Assembly (NCBI GenBank): GCA_031285625.1
Contig: JAITVV010000073.1
Location: 32,001 to 96,000 of the forward strand
Direction: 5' to 3'
DNA length: 64,000 bases
Source: Prevotella sp.
GTDB taxonomy: Bacteria > Bacteroidota > Bacteroidia > Bacteroidales > Dysgonomonadaceae
Positions 9,746 to 19,203 of this stretch are shown in pieces. The notes beneath the pieces are model-generated. The model saw only the letters and a program-made list of their open reading frames with translations. It did no database searches and was not told where the DNA came from. The translations under genes and the position numbers were made by a program. Numbering within the stretch: the first letter of the stretch is position 1; the number at the start of each line of letters is the position of its first letter.

Positions 9746-12700
9746 CTAGAAAGTGCTTTGTTGTTTCCGGTATTGCGTAGGTGTACAATTATATTTCTTT
9801 GAGAATGCCCTGTAAAAACTGGAACGATTCGTAAAACCGGATTGAAAGACCACCTCATCAATCGTTAATTTTGTCTTCACCAATAAGTCCGCAGCTTTGA
9901 TCAACCGGGTATTATTTATTAATTCGGTTAGGGATATCCCCTCCACCTCTTCCAGTTTACGATAAAATGAACGGAGACCTATATTCATTTTCTGGGCAAT
10001 AAAATGTGCTGACAGATCTTTATTCTTTATATTTTTATTAATAATCCGGAGAATATCATTGGTGAACTTCTTATGCTCCTTATGCGAAAATTTACCTTTG
10101 TCCAATGTGTATGAACTCAGTGGAGATGAAAAATATTCCCTCAGGCTTTCTTTTCGTTCCAACAAGCGGCGTACAGAAGATTTCAGATAGTCGATATTAA
10201 ACGGTTTGGTAATATAAATATCAGCTCCGGCGTTCAAGCCTTCCGTTTGCCCTTCAATATCCTGCCTCGCGGATAATAAGATAAAAGGAATGTGAGATGT
10301 TGTTTCATCCGACTTTATTTTTCGCGAAAATAACAGGCCGTCCATTTCCTCCATAACTACATCACTAATAATAAGATCAGGATGGGATTCATTCAGTATA
10401 TCCATTGCTTCAATAGGATTAGCAGCTATAAGAACATTGTATTCCTCTTTAAATATATCGAAAATAAGCCACCTGATTTCGGCTTCATCATCTACAACAA
10501 GAAGGGTCGGTTTCAGTTCATCAAAATTATTTGCTGGAATATCCAGTGCAGTATTATATTCCTGGTTATAATTCTGTAATGAGATACTTCCCCCTTCTTC
10601 GGCCAATACTGGAATAGAAGATTGTAAATAAGGCAGTTTAACTATGAAATGTGTCCATTCATCAGGAGTACTTTCTACCTTAATCGAACCTTCCAGCAAA
10701 CGAATCATATTATATGAAATAGCAAGTCCTAAGCCATTTCTTGCCCACAAGGACGAAGAGTCGTTCTGTTCAAAATCAGACAGTATCCGGTACCTGTCAA
10801 AAAGGAAAGGTATATCTTGTTTCGCAATTCCTTTTCCTGTATTGGAAACGATAATGCATAAATTATCCTGATCTGCTCCTATCCTCACCTTTATTTTCAT
10901 TTCATTCCCCGTATATTTAACAGCATTGGATAAAAGGTTGATAAGTATAGCTTCGATAAAATCTTTATCCGAATTCCAGTGAATAAAAGGTACTATCTCT
11001 TTTTCCAAACCAATCTTCCGCGATTCAACTATATCAGAGAATGATTCTACTAATTTATTACCTAAAACTGAAATGTTTACAGGAATAATTCTTGGCTTCT
11101 TATATCCTGACTCTATCCGGTTAAACTCTATCAGATCCTGTATCAACGTATTTAACCGCTCAGCATTTTGCTTAATTATAGTTGTATATTTTATTGCTGA
11201 AGAAGTAAGATTCTTCTGTTCCAACAGACGATTGCATGGACCATATATCAGGGTAAGCGGTGTACAAAACTCATGCGCTATATTTGTAAAGAACTGCAAT
11301 TTAGATTCAGATATCTCTTCTTTGTGTTTTTGCTCCAGTCTATGAAGTTGATCTGCTTTTTTTCTTCTGTTTCGCCGGATTATCATTATAGCCACTATGC
11401 TTATTCCCGTTATGAATAGTATAGCATATATACAATAAGCCAATATGGTTCTATACCATGGAGGCAATATCTTTATATTCATTTTGTATATATAGCTCTC
11501 TTTTGCCAGTGCCTTGTTGTAGTATTTTACATATAAACTGTAATTACCAGGTTGAAGATTGGTAAAAGATACAAAATCTGAATTCCCATTATATATCCAA
11601 TCACCATTATCCAGTTTATAATAATATGAATAACTATTACCATTCAGATGGTCTATAGTCACAAAGGAAAGAGTAAAAGAATTCTGGTCATGGGGTAACT
11701 CCAAAAAAGCATTCCTTCCGTTTTGCGAAAAATAGTCCTCTATCGGATATTGCTTATTTTGTATGGTTATAGCTCTAAAATATACAGGAGGCATATAATG
11801 CTGTGCCTCATCAAAATAATTTCGTTGTATAGTTGTAAAGCCATTGATTCCCCCGAAAAATTTAATACCTTTTTTTCTATCTATAAAAGATGCACCTGTA
11901 CTAAAATCCAATACAGATAAGCCATCCAGATGGTCATATGTTCTGAATGAATCGGTATCTGCATTATATAAAATTAGTCCCTGATTGGTACTTAACCAAT
12001 AATAGGAATTAAAATCGGGTAAAATACTGTACACGCTATTAGTGGGGAAGCTGTTAACCTCATTCAATACGACATAATTATGCGAATTAAATTTTACAAA
12101 TCCCGAATTAGTTCCAATTAAATAATTTCCATAATAATCCTTTTGAATAGTATTGGTCTCATTTATTGTATTTCCTTCAAAACGGATATGTTCATGCTTC
12201 CATGTATTTATATTCAGTCTAAAAACGCCTTCTCCTTTATTCATACACCAGAGAATTGTATCATTTTCCATATAAATATCCTTGAAATTATTCGAGAACT
12301 CATCATTTTCTTTGACCACGAAACGCTTTACAGGTGTCAGTACAGGCTTATCATTCAACCATTCAATTTTTGATTTGATAACCCCCATACCTAATGTTGA
12401 AATCCACAACACAGAATCTTGTTCATATATATCAGATATATATTTTATCCTCTGTCCGTTATATGATAATTGTATCTGATTGAAGCGGTTTTCCTTAAGA
12501 TTGAAATAATTAATCCCTTGTTCGCTTCCAATCCATATATTCCCCTTCCGGCTTTCATCAAAAGAAAGTATTACATTATCCCACAGATTAGAGTTAGACG
12601 ATGATATATATTCCAAACGATGATCTTCTATATTTTTATTCGTTCTGAAATCAAAAATCCGCAGAATACCATTTCCTTTGCTCCCCACCCACAATGAATT

Positions 12701-13756
12701 TTCACTGTCAACAAAAAGAGCACTTACCGGTTTACGAATTTTCAATGTAAAGTCATTTAAACGAATAGATTTAATTGAATATTGATCTATCGAATAAGTA
12801 TATACCCCATATCCGGAAGTACCTATCCAGACTATATCCTGAAATTTATCTTTATACAAACAATTAATCCCTCCGGGAACGTCAATTTTCTTAAGATTAT
12901 AACCCTCATTGTCTTTACTCAATAGTGATAAACCATCGGTTTTAAAGCCGATAAAGTAATCCTCATTAAATTTTAAGAGTGCAGCTATATCACCTTTCCC
13001 CGAAAGCTGTTGTCTCAGGTTACAAATAAGCATTGCCTTCCGGGTAGATATATTGAACTCATATAATCCATAGTCATCATCTACAAAAAGGAACTTATCC
13101 CCACCATCATTTGAGCAGTATCGTATACCGGTAGAATGCGTATAATCATTAAGAGGCTGAAACTTGATACTACCTTGTTCGGTTATATGTATAGAATAAC
13201 AAAGATTATTACCACCCTTGCGGAATATCCACAATTTATCATTTTGGTCAATAAAAAAATCAACAATTTCATTTGCTCTCAGATGAGGAATAAAGATCTG
13301 CTCAAATTGCTTCTGACCTTTTAATAAATAATAAATAGAACTATTGCCTTGTACAAGGAAAACATTTCCTTTACTATCTTTATCAAAGAAGGCAATCCTG
13401 TTAAACATATCAAAAGATTCCAAAAGGGATGTACCAATATCTATTTTGTGTAAGCCATGATAGGTCTGAATCCAGAATAACTTATCGGTTTGATCAATCT
13501 TATCAATTCTACTTCCGGTAAAAAAGTTTTTATCACTTTCAGGGCCATATTTAGTAATATGTTTTCCATCATAAATATCAAGCCCGCGGCTAGTCCCTAT
13601 CCATATCATCCCTTTCTTATCCTGATAGAATGAGAAGACCTCACTTCCGGAAAGACCTTCTATATTGTTTATTTTCCTGAGGTTATAACCACTTACAGAT
13701 ATAGAGATATGTAAAAGAAAAAACAGACATAACCAACCAATAGTAACTTTTGTCAT
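9746..13756 (-). CDS. Hybrid two-component system (beta-propeller sensor, histidine kinase, receiver, AraC HTH)
   Basis: Reg_prop repeats (IWIGT), Y_Y_Y domain, TM helix, H-box HEFCTPLTLI, NLLSNAVKY, receiver LVVDDE..ISDVVM, AraC tail. Confidence 0.96.
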   Translation of the reverse strand: MTKVTIGWLCLFFLLHISISVSGYNLRKINNIEGLSGSEVFSFYQDKKGMIWIGTSRGLDIYDGKHITKYGPESDKNFFTGSRIDKIDQTDKLFWIQTYHGLHKIDIGTSLLESFDMFNRIAFFDKDSKGNVFLVQGNSSIYYLLKGQKQFEQIFIPHLRANEIVDFFIDQNDKLWIFRKGGNNLCYSIHITEQGSIKFQPLNDYTHSTGIRYCSNDGGDKFLFVDDDYGLYEFNISTRKAMLICNLRQQLSGKGDIAALLKFNEDYFIGFKTDGLSLLSKDNEGYNLKKIDVPGGINCLYKDKFQDIVWIGTSGYGVYTYSIDQYSIKSIRLNDFTLKIRKPVSALFVDSENSLWVGSKGNGILRIFDFRTNKNIEDHRLEYISSSNSNLWDNVILSFDESRKGNIWIGSEQGINYFNLKENRFNQIQLSYNGQRIKYISDIYEQDSVLWISTLGMGVIKSKIEWLNDKPVLTPVKRFVVKENDEFSNNFKDIYMENDTILWCMNKGEGVFRLNINTWKHEHIRFEGNTINETNTIQKDYYGNYLIGTNSGFVKFNSHNYVVLNEVNSFPTNSVYSILPDFNSYYWLSTNQGLILYNADTDSFRTYDHLDGLSVLDFSTGASFIDRKKGIKFFGGINGFTTIQRNYFDEAQHYMPPVYFRAITIQNKQYPIEDYFSQNGRNAFLELPHDQNSFTLSFVTIDHLNGNSYSYYYKLDNGDWIYNGNSDFVSFTNLQPGNYSLYVKYYNKALAKESYIYKMNIKILPPWYRTILAYCIYAILFITGISIVAIMIIRRNRRKKADQLHRLEQKHKEEISESKLQFFTNIAHEFCTPLTLIYGPCNRLLEQKNLTSSAIKYTTIIKQNAERLNTLIQDLIEFNRIESGYKKPRIIPVNISVLGNKLVESFSDIVESRKIGLEKEIVPFIHWNSDKDFIEAILINLLSNAVKYTGNEMKIKVRIGADQDNLCIIVSNTGKGIAKQDIPFLFDRYRILSDFEQNDSSSLWARNGLGLAISYNMIRLLEGSIKVESTPDEWTHFIVKLPYLQSSIPVLAEEGGSISLQNYNQEYNTALDIPANNFDELKPTLLVVDDEAEIRWLIFDIFKEEYNVLIAANPIEAMDILNESHPDLIISDVVMEEMDGLLFSRKIKSDETTSHIPFILLSARQDIEGQTEGLNAGADIYITKPFNIDYLKSSVRRLLERKESLREYFSSPLSSYTLDKGKFSHKEHKKFTNDILRIINKNIKNKDLSAHFIAQKMNIGLRSFYRKLEEVEGISLTELINNTRLIKAADLLVKTKLTIDEVVFQSGFTNRSSFYRAFSKKYNCTPTQYRKQQSTF

Positions 13757-13787
13757 CTTTGATAATAGATAATAATGAAGCTATAAA

Positions 13788-13910
13788 CAAATATAGCCTT
13801 ATTTCTTATTTAAACTGTATCTCATTGCGACAATTATATCTCTATTTATGACACACATAATATACAGATTCCAAGTCTCTTTTCTGGTAAAGGAAAGCTT
13901 ATTAGCTTTG
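13788..13910. promoter_or_regulatory. Divergent promoters with a candidate HTCS direct-repeat operator
   Basis: -7 box TATATTTG on the minus strand (13788-13795); TAGCTTTG on the plus strand (13903-13910); TTGCGACA / TTATGACA 21 bp apart (13825, 13846). Confidence 0.5.
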
Positions 13911-13936
13911 TATTACACAAAACAAATTCTAAAGAA

Positions 13937-16351
13937 ATGAAAAATACTTTTATTCTTACTTTTTTAATCATAGGCTTCTGTTCATTTGTATCTGCTTCAC
14001 CACAGATCAGAGGTATAATTGTTGAAAAAGGAACAGGTAATCCAATAGAATCAGCAGATGTTATATTGTTGAAAAAGGGAGAAACAACAGCTACAGCCAG
14101 CACATTATCCGAATCAAATGGTTCTTTTCAACTATCAGGAGTCGTGAATGGAGAATATTCATTGATCGTTAGACTAATCGGATATGATGTATATACCCAA
14201 GGCTCGATCAATCTCCGTTCTACTGAAACGGTATTAGATCTGGGTATTATTGAATTGCAACCTTTAGAGATAGGACTATCTGAGGTTGTAATTGAAAGTG
14301 ATAAAAGGTAGATTATATATAAATTAGATAAAAGAATAATTGATGCATCAAATAATCTGATGGGAAGTGGTGGTACAGCCGTTGACATTCTGGAAAACAC
14401 CCCGTCCATAAGGGTCAGTGTAGATGGTGATGTTACCTTTAGAGGCAGTAGTGGTTTTAAAGTATATATTGACGGGAAACCCAGTTTTCATTCCGGAACA
14501 CAAGCGCTCCAACAAATCCCGGCCGGACAGATAGAAAATATAGAAATCATAACTACCCCTTCCGCCCGTTATGATACAGATGGCGAAGTAGGGATGATTA
14601 ACATTATCACAAAAAAAAATAGCAGAAGAGGTATTGAGGGCATCGTTAATATGTCAGGAAGTACAGCGCTATCCAATGGAGCTGATTTTTTCATTTCTCA
14701 GAAAAATAATAAATTACAGTGGTTCCTTACAGGACATTGGAATCAACCCATCCGAAAGAGTAGTTTCGAGCAGGAAAAGACAACGATAGTAAACGGAGAA
14801 ACAACAACATCTTCTTCCGATGGGCCCCGCAAAGGGAAGAATTACCATTATGGCCTGCGTGGAGGTATCGACTATGCTTTATCTCCTAAAACATCTATTA
14901 ATGCGGAATTACAAATTGTATATAATAAATTCACTCGTGATGGAGATCTGAACTATATCGAGACCAAAACAGATGCAAACGGAGAATCAGGACCAAACAA
15001 TTTCAATAGCCGCGACGACTTTAACCTGCATGCAACAGTTAATATAGGGAAAGCCGGATTTTTACATAAATTCGATGATAAAGGACACCAAATTAATGGT
15101 AGTTTTATGGTAGGATATGAAGGAGATGCTCTCGAATATTTCCAAAGTGACCTTTTTGATAAGAATAATCAACGTCAACAGGGACACCGTGCATGGGAAG
15201 ACGAGATACGCTGGACAGTAAGGGGAAATATGGATTACACCTACCCATATAGCCAGACAGGCCGTTTAGAAAGTGGATACCAATATCATTCCTACCTGGA
15301 AGATGGCGACTATAGTATGCAGTTCTGGGATCCTAACAAAAAAGAATTTTATTGGAGGGACGATATATATAATACTTTTTATTTTCAGCGGGGAATTCAT
15401 TCTGTTTATCTGGTTGGCTCGGACAGCTACAAAGCATTTGAAGCTCAGATAGGAATCAGAGGCGAGCATACTCATCAGGTATTACGAAGTTCTATTGAAG
15501 GGAAAAACCGTACTGTAAACCGCTTTGAGGTATTCCCATCCGTACATATCGGATATACACTTCCTCACGATCAAAAAATCACTTTTGCATACTCTTACCG
15601 AACCAATCGTCCCGAACTTTTTTACATGGAACCATATATCACATACCGTGATTATTATACGGCTGAAATCGGGAATCCTGATATACGCCCGGAATATATA
15701 CATTCATATGAATTGAATTACAAGAAAAATATAAAGGAGCATGTACTGCAATCCAGCTTGTTTTACAGATCGCGTAAAGATAAAATAGAACGATTGCGTG
15801 TACCATATCAGGCTGGGGTTACATTAGACTCTATGGCCAATGTAGGTAAGGACTACGCATTAGGTATAGAACTAAACGGGCAAATAAAGGTAAATAAGTG
15901 GTGGGACCTCAGCGTGAATGGTAATGTCTACTACTACAAAGTAGAGAATAATATAAACTCGGGAGGGAAAAAAGAAACCAGTACAAACTATGATTTTACC
16001 CTGAATAACCTTTTCCGCATTCATAAAAACACACGCCTTCAATTAGATGGTAACTTTGTAGGGCCATCTGTAACAACACAGGGTAAGTCAAATTCCTTCT
16101 GGTTTGTCAACCTGGCCATACGCCAGCAATTATTTAGTCCGAACTTACAGTCTACGCTCTCGTTCAGGGATGTGCTTAAATCAGCCCGTTACAAAAGTAA
16201 TATTACAACCGCTGATTTAGAATCTGTTACACATATCCGGCCCAAATATCCGGTTATCACACTTTCTATCAGTTATACATTCAATAATTATAAACGAGGC
16301 TCACAAGGTTCACGCGACAACAGGGACTTGTTTGAAGGTACAAACTATTAA
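13937..16351 (+). pseudogene. TonB-dependent receptor-like outer membrane beta-barrel protein interrupted by an in-frame TAG at 14309-14311
   Basis: ORFs 13937-14311 and 14360-16351 share a frame. The junction reads SDKR*IIYKLDKRIIDASNNLMGSGG, giving one 804-codon gene: signal peptide, carboxypeptidase-regulatory-like domain, plug, barrel. Confidence 0.85.
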
Positions 16352-16426
16352 AACTAAAAAACAGCTGATATATTAACTTTCTATGTCTGAAATTATACCT
16401 ATTTTTATTGGTAATTTTTAGACCGA

Positions 16427-16921
16427 ATGTTAAGGGATTTTGCAGCCATAGATTTTGAAACAGCTAATCAGGAACTGTCGAGTGTTTGCAGTGTTGGCAT
16501 TGTAGTTGTGAGAAACGGGATAATAACCGAGCGGTTTTACAGCCTGATACAACCTGAGCCGGATTATTACTGTTACTCGAATAGTCAGGTTCACGGATTG
16601 ACTCATAAAGACACTGCTAACTCAGATGTATTTCCTAAAGTATGGCAAAAAATCAGCTCCCAGCTAGAAGGACTGCCTTTAGTTGCCCATAATAAAGGTT
16701 TTGATGAAGCTTGCCTCCAAGCCGTATTCAAAACCTATATGATGGATTACCCCGATTATATATTCTATTGCACACTGGCAGAATCCCGCAGGCAGTTGAA
16801 ACATCTACCCAACCACCAACTTCATACTGTGGCTGAGGATTGCGGTCATATTCTGACTAACCATCACCATGCACTCGCAGACGCCGAAGCCTGTGCAGAA
16901 ATAGCGTTACAATTATTGTAA
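16427..16921 (+). CDS. DEDDh 3'-5' exonuclease (DNA polymerase III epsilon-like)
   Basis: ExoI AIDFETAN, ExoII VAHNKGFD, ExoIII HHHALADA. Confidence 0.93.
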   Translation: MLRDFAAIDFETANQELSSVCSVGIVVVRNGIITERFYSLIQPEPDYYCYSNSQVHGLTHKDTANSDVFPKVWQKISSQLEGLPLVAHNKGFDEACLQAVFKTYMMDYPDYIFYCTLAESRRQLKHLPNHQLHTVAEDCGHILTNHHHALADAEACAEIALQLL

Positions 16922-17106
16922 TTAGCATTAACAGAAGTCTTCCTGTAGAATATATTCTTAAGGAAGAAAGAGCATTTTATAATATTTTTTTAACTTTAAA
17001 AATAATTTATTGAGAATTTAAGTAACACATCCGATATTTTCAAATGTCAAGAAAACCAAATTTAATTATCTGTATATAAATAGCTTGAGGTGATATTTGG
17101 ATGATA

Positions 17107-17156
17107 AAAAGTTACTATAAAAAAAATGCATAAAAGCTGTTACTTTTGTCACCTTT
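17107..17156 (+). repeat. Dispersed repeat, copy 1; contains -7 promoter box TACTTTTG (17141-17148)
   Basis: Reverse complement of 17137-17156 equals 40543-40562 (AAAGGTGACAAAAGTAACAG, 20/20). Confidence 0.7.
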
Positions 17157-17202
17157 CAGCCATATCGAACTGATAACAAACAGATTATAAAACAACAGAA
17201 GA

Positions 17203-19032
17203 ATGAAGAGTATACTCCCGGTATTAATTCTAATTATTATATTTCAGGTATCGTGTGCAAAGTACGAGAAAATGCCGGACGAAGAAATAATGCATAAACT
17301 ACTTACAGAAAATCCTGATAGCCTGGCTTATTTACTTGAGGAAAAAACAAACCCAAGTCTACTCTCCGAAGAAGACAGAATCAATTATATATGGTGGTTG
17401 GCTAGTGCTCATAGTAAACAATATAGAAGCCTTATCAATGATTCGCTGATCCATAAAGTATTGCAATATCATAAACAAACAGGTTCTCCGCTTTTATTAT
17501 CTACTTATCAGCTTGCAGCGGAACAGGCAAAATCCTCAGGAGAAGTAACAAAAGAGGAAACGCTACTAAATGAGGCTTTGGTTATAGCAGAAGAAAGAAA
17601 AGATTCTATAATAGTTCTTAACCTTGCATCCAAGCTGGGCTATATATACAATGGAGTCAGGGATTCAGAAAAAATAGATAAACTTATAAAAACCACAAAA
17701 AAATACGCATCGTGGGATGTAGATACTTATTTAACCTTAACAAAACTCTACAATAGGTCCGGTAAGGTAGATTCCATAGGGAAATATGCTTCATTAGGGA
17801 TTAAGGCAGCAATAGCCCGGAAAAGGCCGATGGAAGAATACCAATTGACCAGAAGTTATATTGAATATTTAAATCTATCCGCACAATCCCCAGAAGCACT
17901 TAGTGTTTTGCGCGACCTGGAACATAAAATGCCTATGGATGGGGGGATAGTAGGCAACGAGATAAAGTTTAATTATATAACTACATGGATAGCTCTGGGC
18001 AGGTATGATTCTGCTCAGGTGTATATAGATTATTTTGATCCGATATTAAAGTATTTCAAAACTAAAAATCCAACAGAAACGTATGTTATTGAAACTGTAT
18101 TGGATTTATTTAAAACTGTCATCCATACAAAACAAGGAAAAATTTTCACCACCCATGACCTGGGTACAATTAATCAACTGGTAGATGGGAGCAGGGAAAG
18201 TATCAAAGCCGAAAAAGAAAAAATGCTGGCTCAGAATAAACTCCAAAGAGATAAATTAAATCTCCAAATAGAAAAGGGAAATCTCCAACGACGTTTATTA
18301 TGGGGTGCTATCGGAATCATGCTTATAACTGTAATTCTAGTATTCGTCTATCAGCGAAAGCTATTGAGGAAAGAGCATAATATTCAAAAGATTAGAGAAC
18401 AGTTACGGATAAAATCTATGCAAATAGCCGAGAATGAATCAATTATTAATCAAAACGAGCAACTTATCCGTTCTTTGAATTCTCAGGTTGGCGAAAATGA
18501 AGACATCAGACAGGAGTTAGATACCCTATTAGCTGAGAACGAGAAAATAAAAGAAAAAAACGGGTTGTTGCAATCAGATATTCAGTCATTTACTAATTCC
18601 ATTACAGAAAAGGACAAAGAGCTAAATTTCTTTGAAGAATTGTCTTTACAAAATGCCAGATTGATGGAACGTGATCAATTTCTGACAATACAACTTATTA
18701 AAAGAACTCCAATACTGAATGGTCTGGATAAAAATCCGAAGTATATAGAAGAGATACAATGGCACGAAATAATTCATACTGTAGATCAGTTGTTTGATGG
18801 CTTTTCTGTCCGTCTTCATATTGATTACCCAACACTTACAGAGGAGGATATACGCTATTGCTGTTTATTCAAACTGCGATTATCCAACTCAGTTATCTCG
18901 TCTCTGATGGGAATTTCTCCTTCCTCGGTGACAAAGCGTAAACAACGTATAAAAGAAAAGATAAATCAACATTTACCGGATGACTTAACTATGGAAAAAC
19001 CATTAGAAGTTTATCTCTGGAATTACAATTGA
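17203..19032 (+). CDS. Membrane-anchored TPR-like sensor with C-terminal LuxR-type HTH
   Basis: Signal/lipobox QVSC; helical periplasmic region; TM LLWGAIGIMLITVILVFVY; coiled coil; YPTLTEEDIRYCCLFKLRLSNSVISSLMGISPSSVTKRKQRIK. Confidence 0.85.
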   Translation: MKSILPVLILIIIFQVSCAKYEKMPDEEIMHKLLTENPDSLAYLLEEKTNPSLLSEEDRINYIWWLASAHSKQYRSLINDSLIHKVLQYHKQTGSPLLLSTYQLAAEQAKSSGEVTKEETLLNEALVIAEERKDSIIVLNLASKLGYIYNGVRDSEKIDKLIKTTKKYASWDVDTYLTLTKLYNRSGKVDSIGKYASLGIKAAIARKRPMEEYQLTRSYIEYLNLSAQSPEALSVLRDLEHKMPMDGGIVGNEIKFNYITTWIALGRYDSAQVYIDYFDPILKYFKTKNPTETYVIETVLDLFKTVIHTKQGKIFTTHDLGTINQLVDGSRESIKAEKEKMLAQNKLQRDKLNLQIEKGNLQRRLLWGAIGIMLITVILVFVYQRKLLRKEHNIQKIREQLRIKSMQIAENESIINQNEQLIRSLNSQVGENEDIRQELDTLLAENEKIKEKNGLLQSDIQSFTNSITEKDKELNFFEELSLQNARLMERDQFLTIQLIKRTPILNGLDKNPKYIEEIQWHEIIHTVDQLFDGFSVRLHIDYPTLTEEDIRYCCLFKLRLSNSVISSLMGISPSSVTKRKQRIKEKINQHLPDDLTMEKPLEVYLWNYN

Positions 19033-19203
19033 AATTAAATGTCCACATAAGAAGAAGATAATAAATATAAACAATTAATAAACAAATATTTACAAAACAA
19101 TATTGTCCACCTTTATCCATGTAAAAGAAACGCTTTGAGTGCTTGTATAGACTAATTTTGCTAATACAGATAAGCAAATATTATTCAATAAAACTATATA
19201 AGC

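Noticed and set aside
13742-13756. Fourth copy of the dispersed repeat (ATGACAAAAGTTAC on the minus strand)
   Set aside because: It coincides with the HTCS start codons (MTKVT), has mismatches and lacks the second arm, so it is likely chance.
14309-14311. Genome-wide TAG reassignment or pyrrolysine
   Set aside because: TAG terminates other complete genes in this window (9746, 21516, 29655), and no pyl genes or tRNA are seen.
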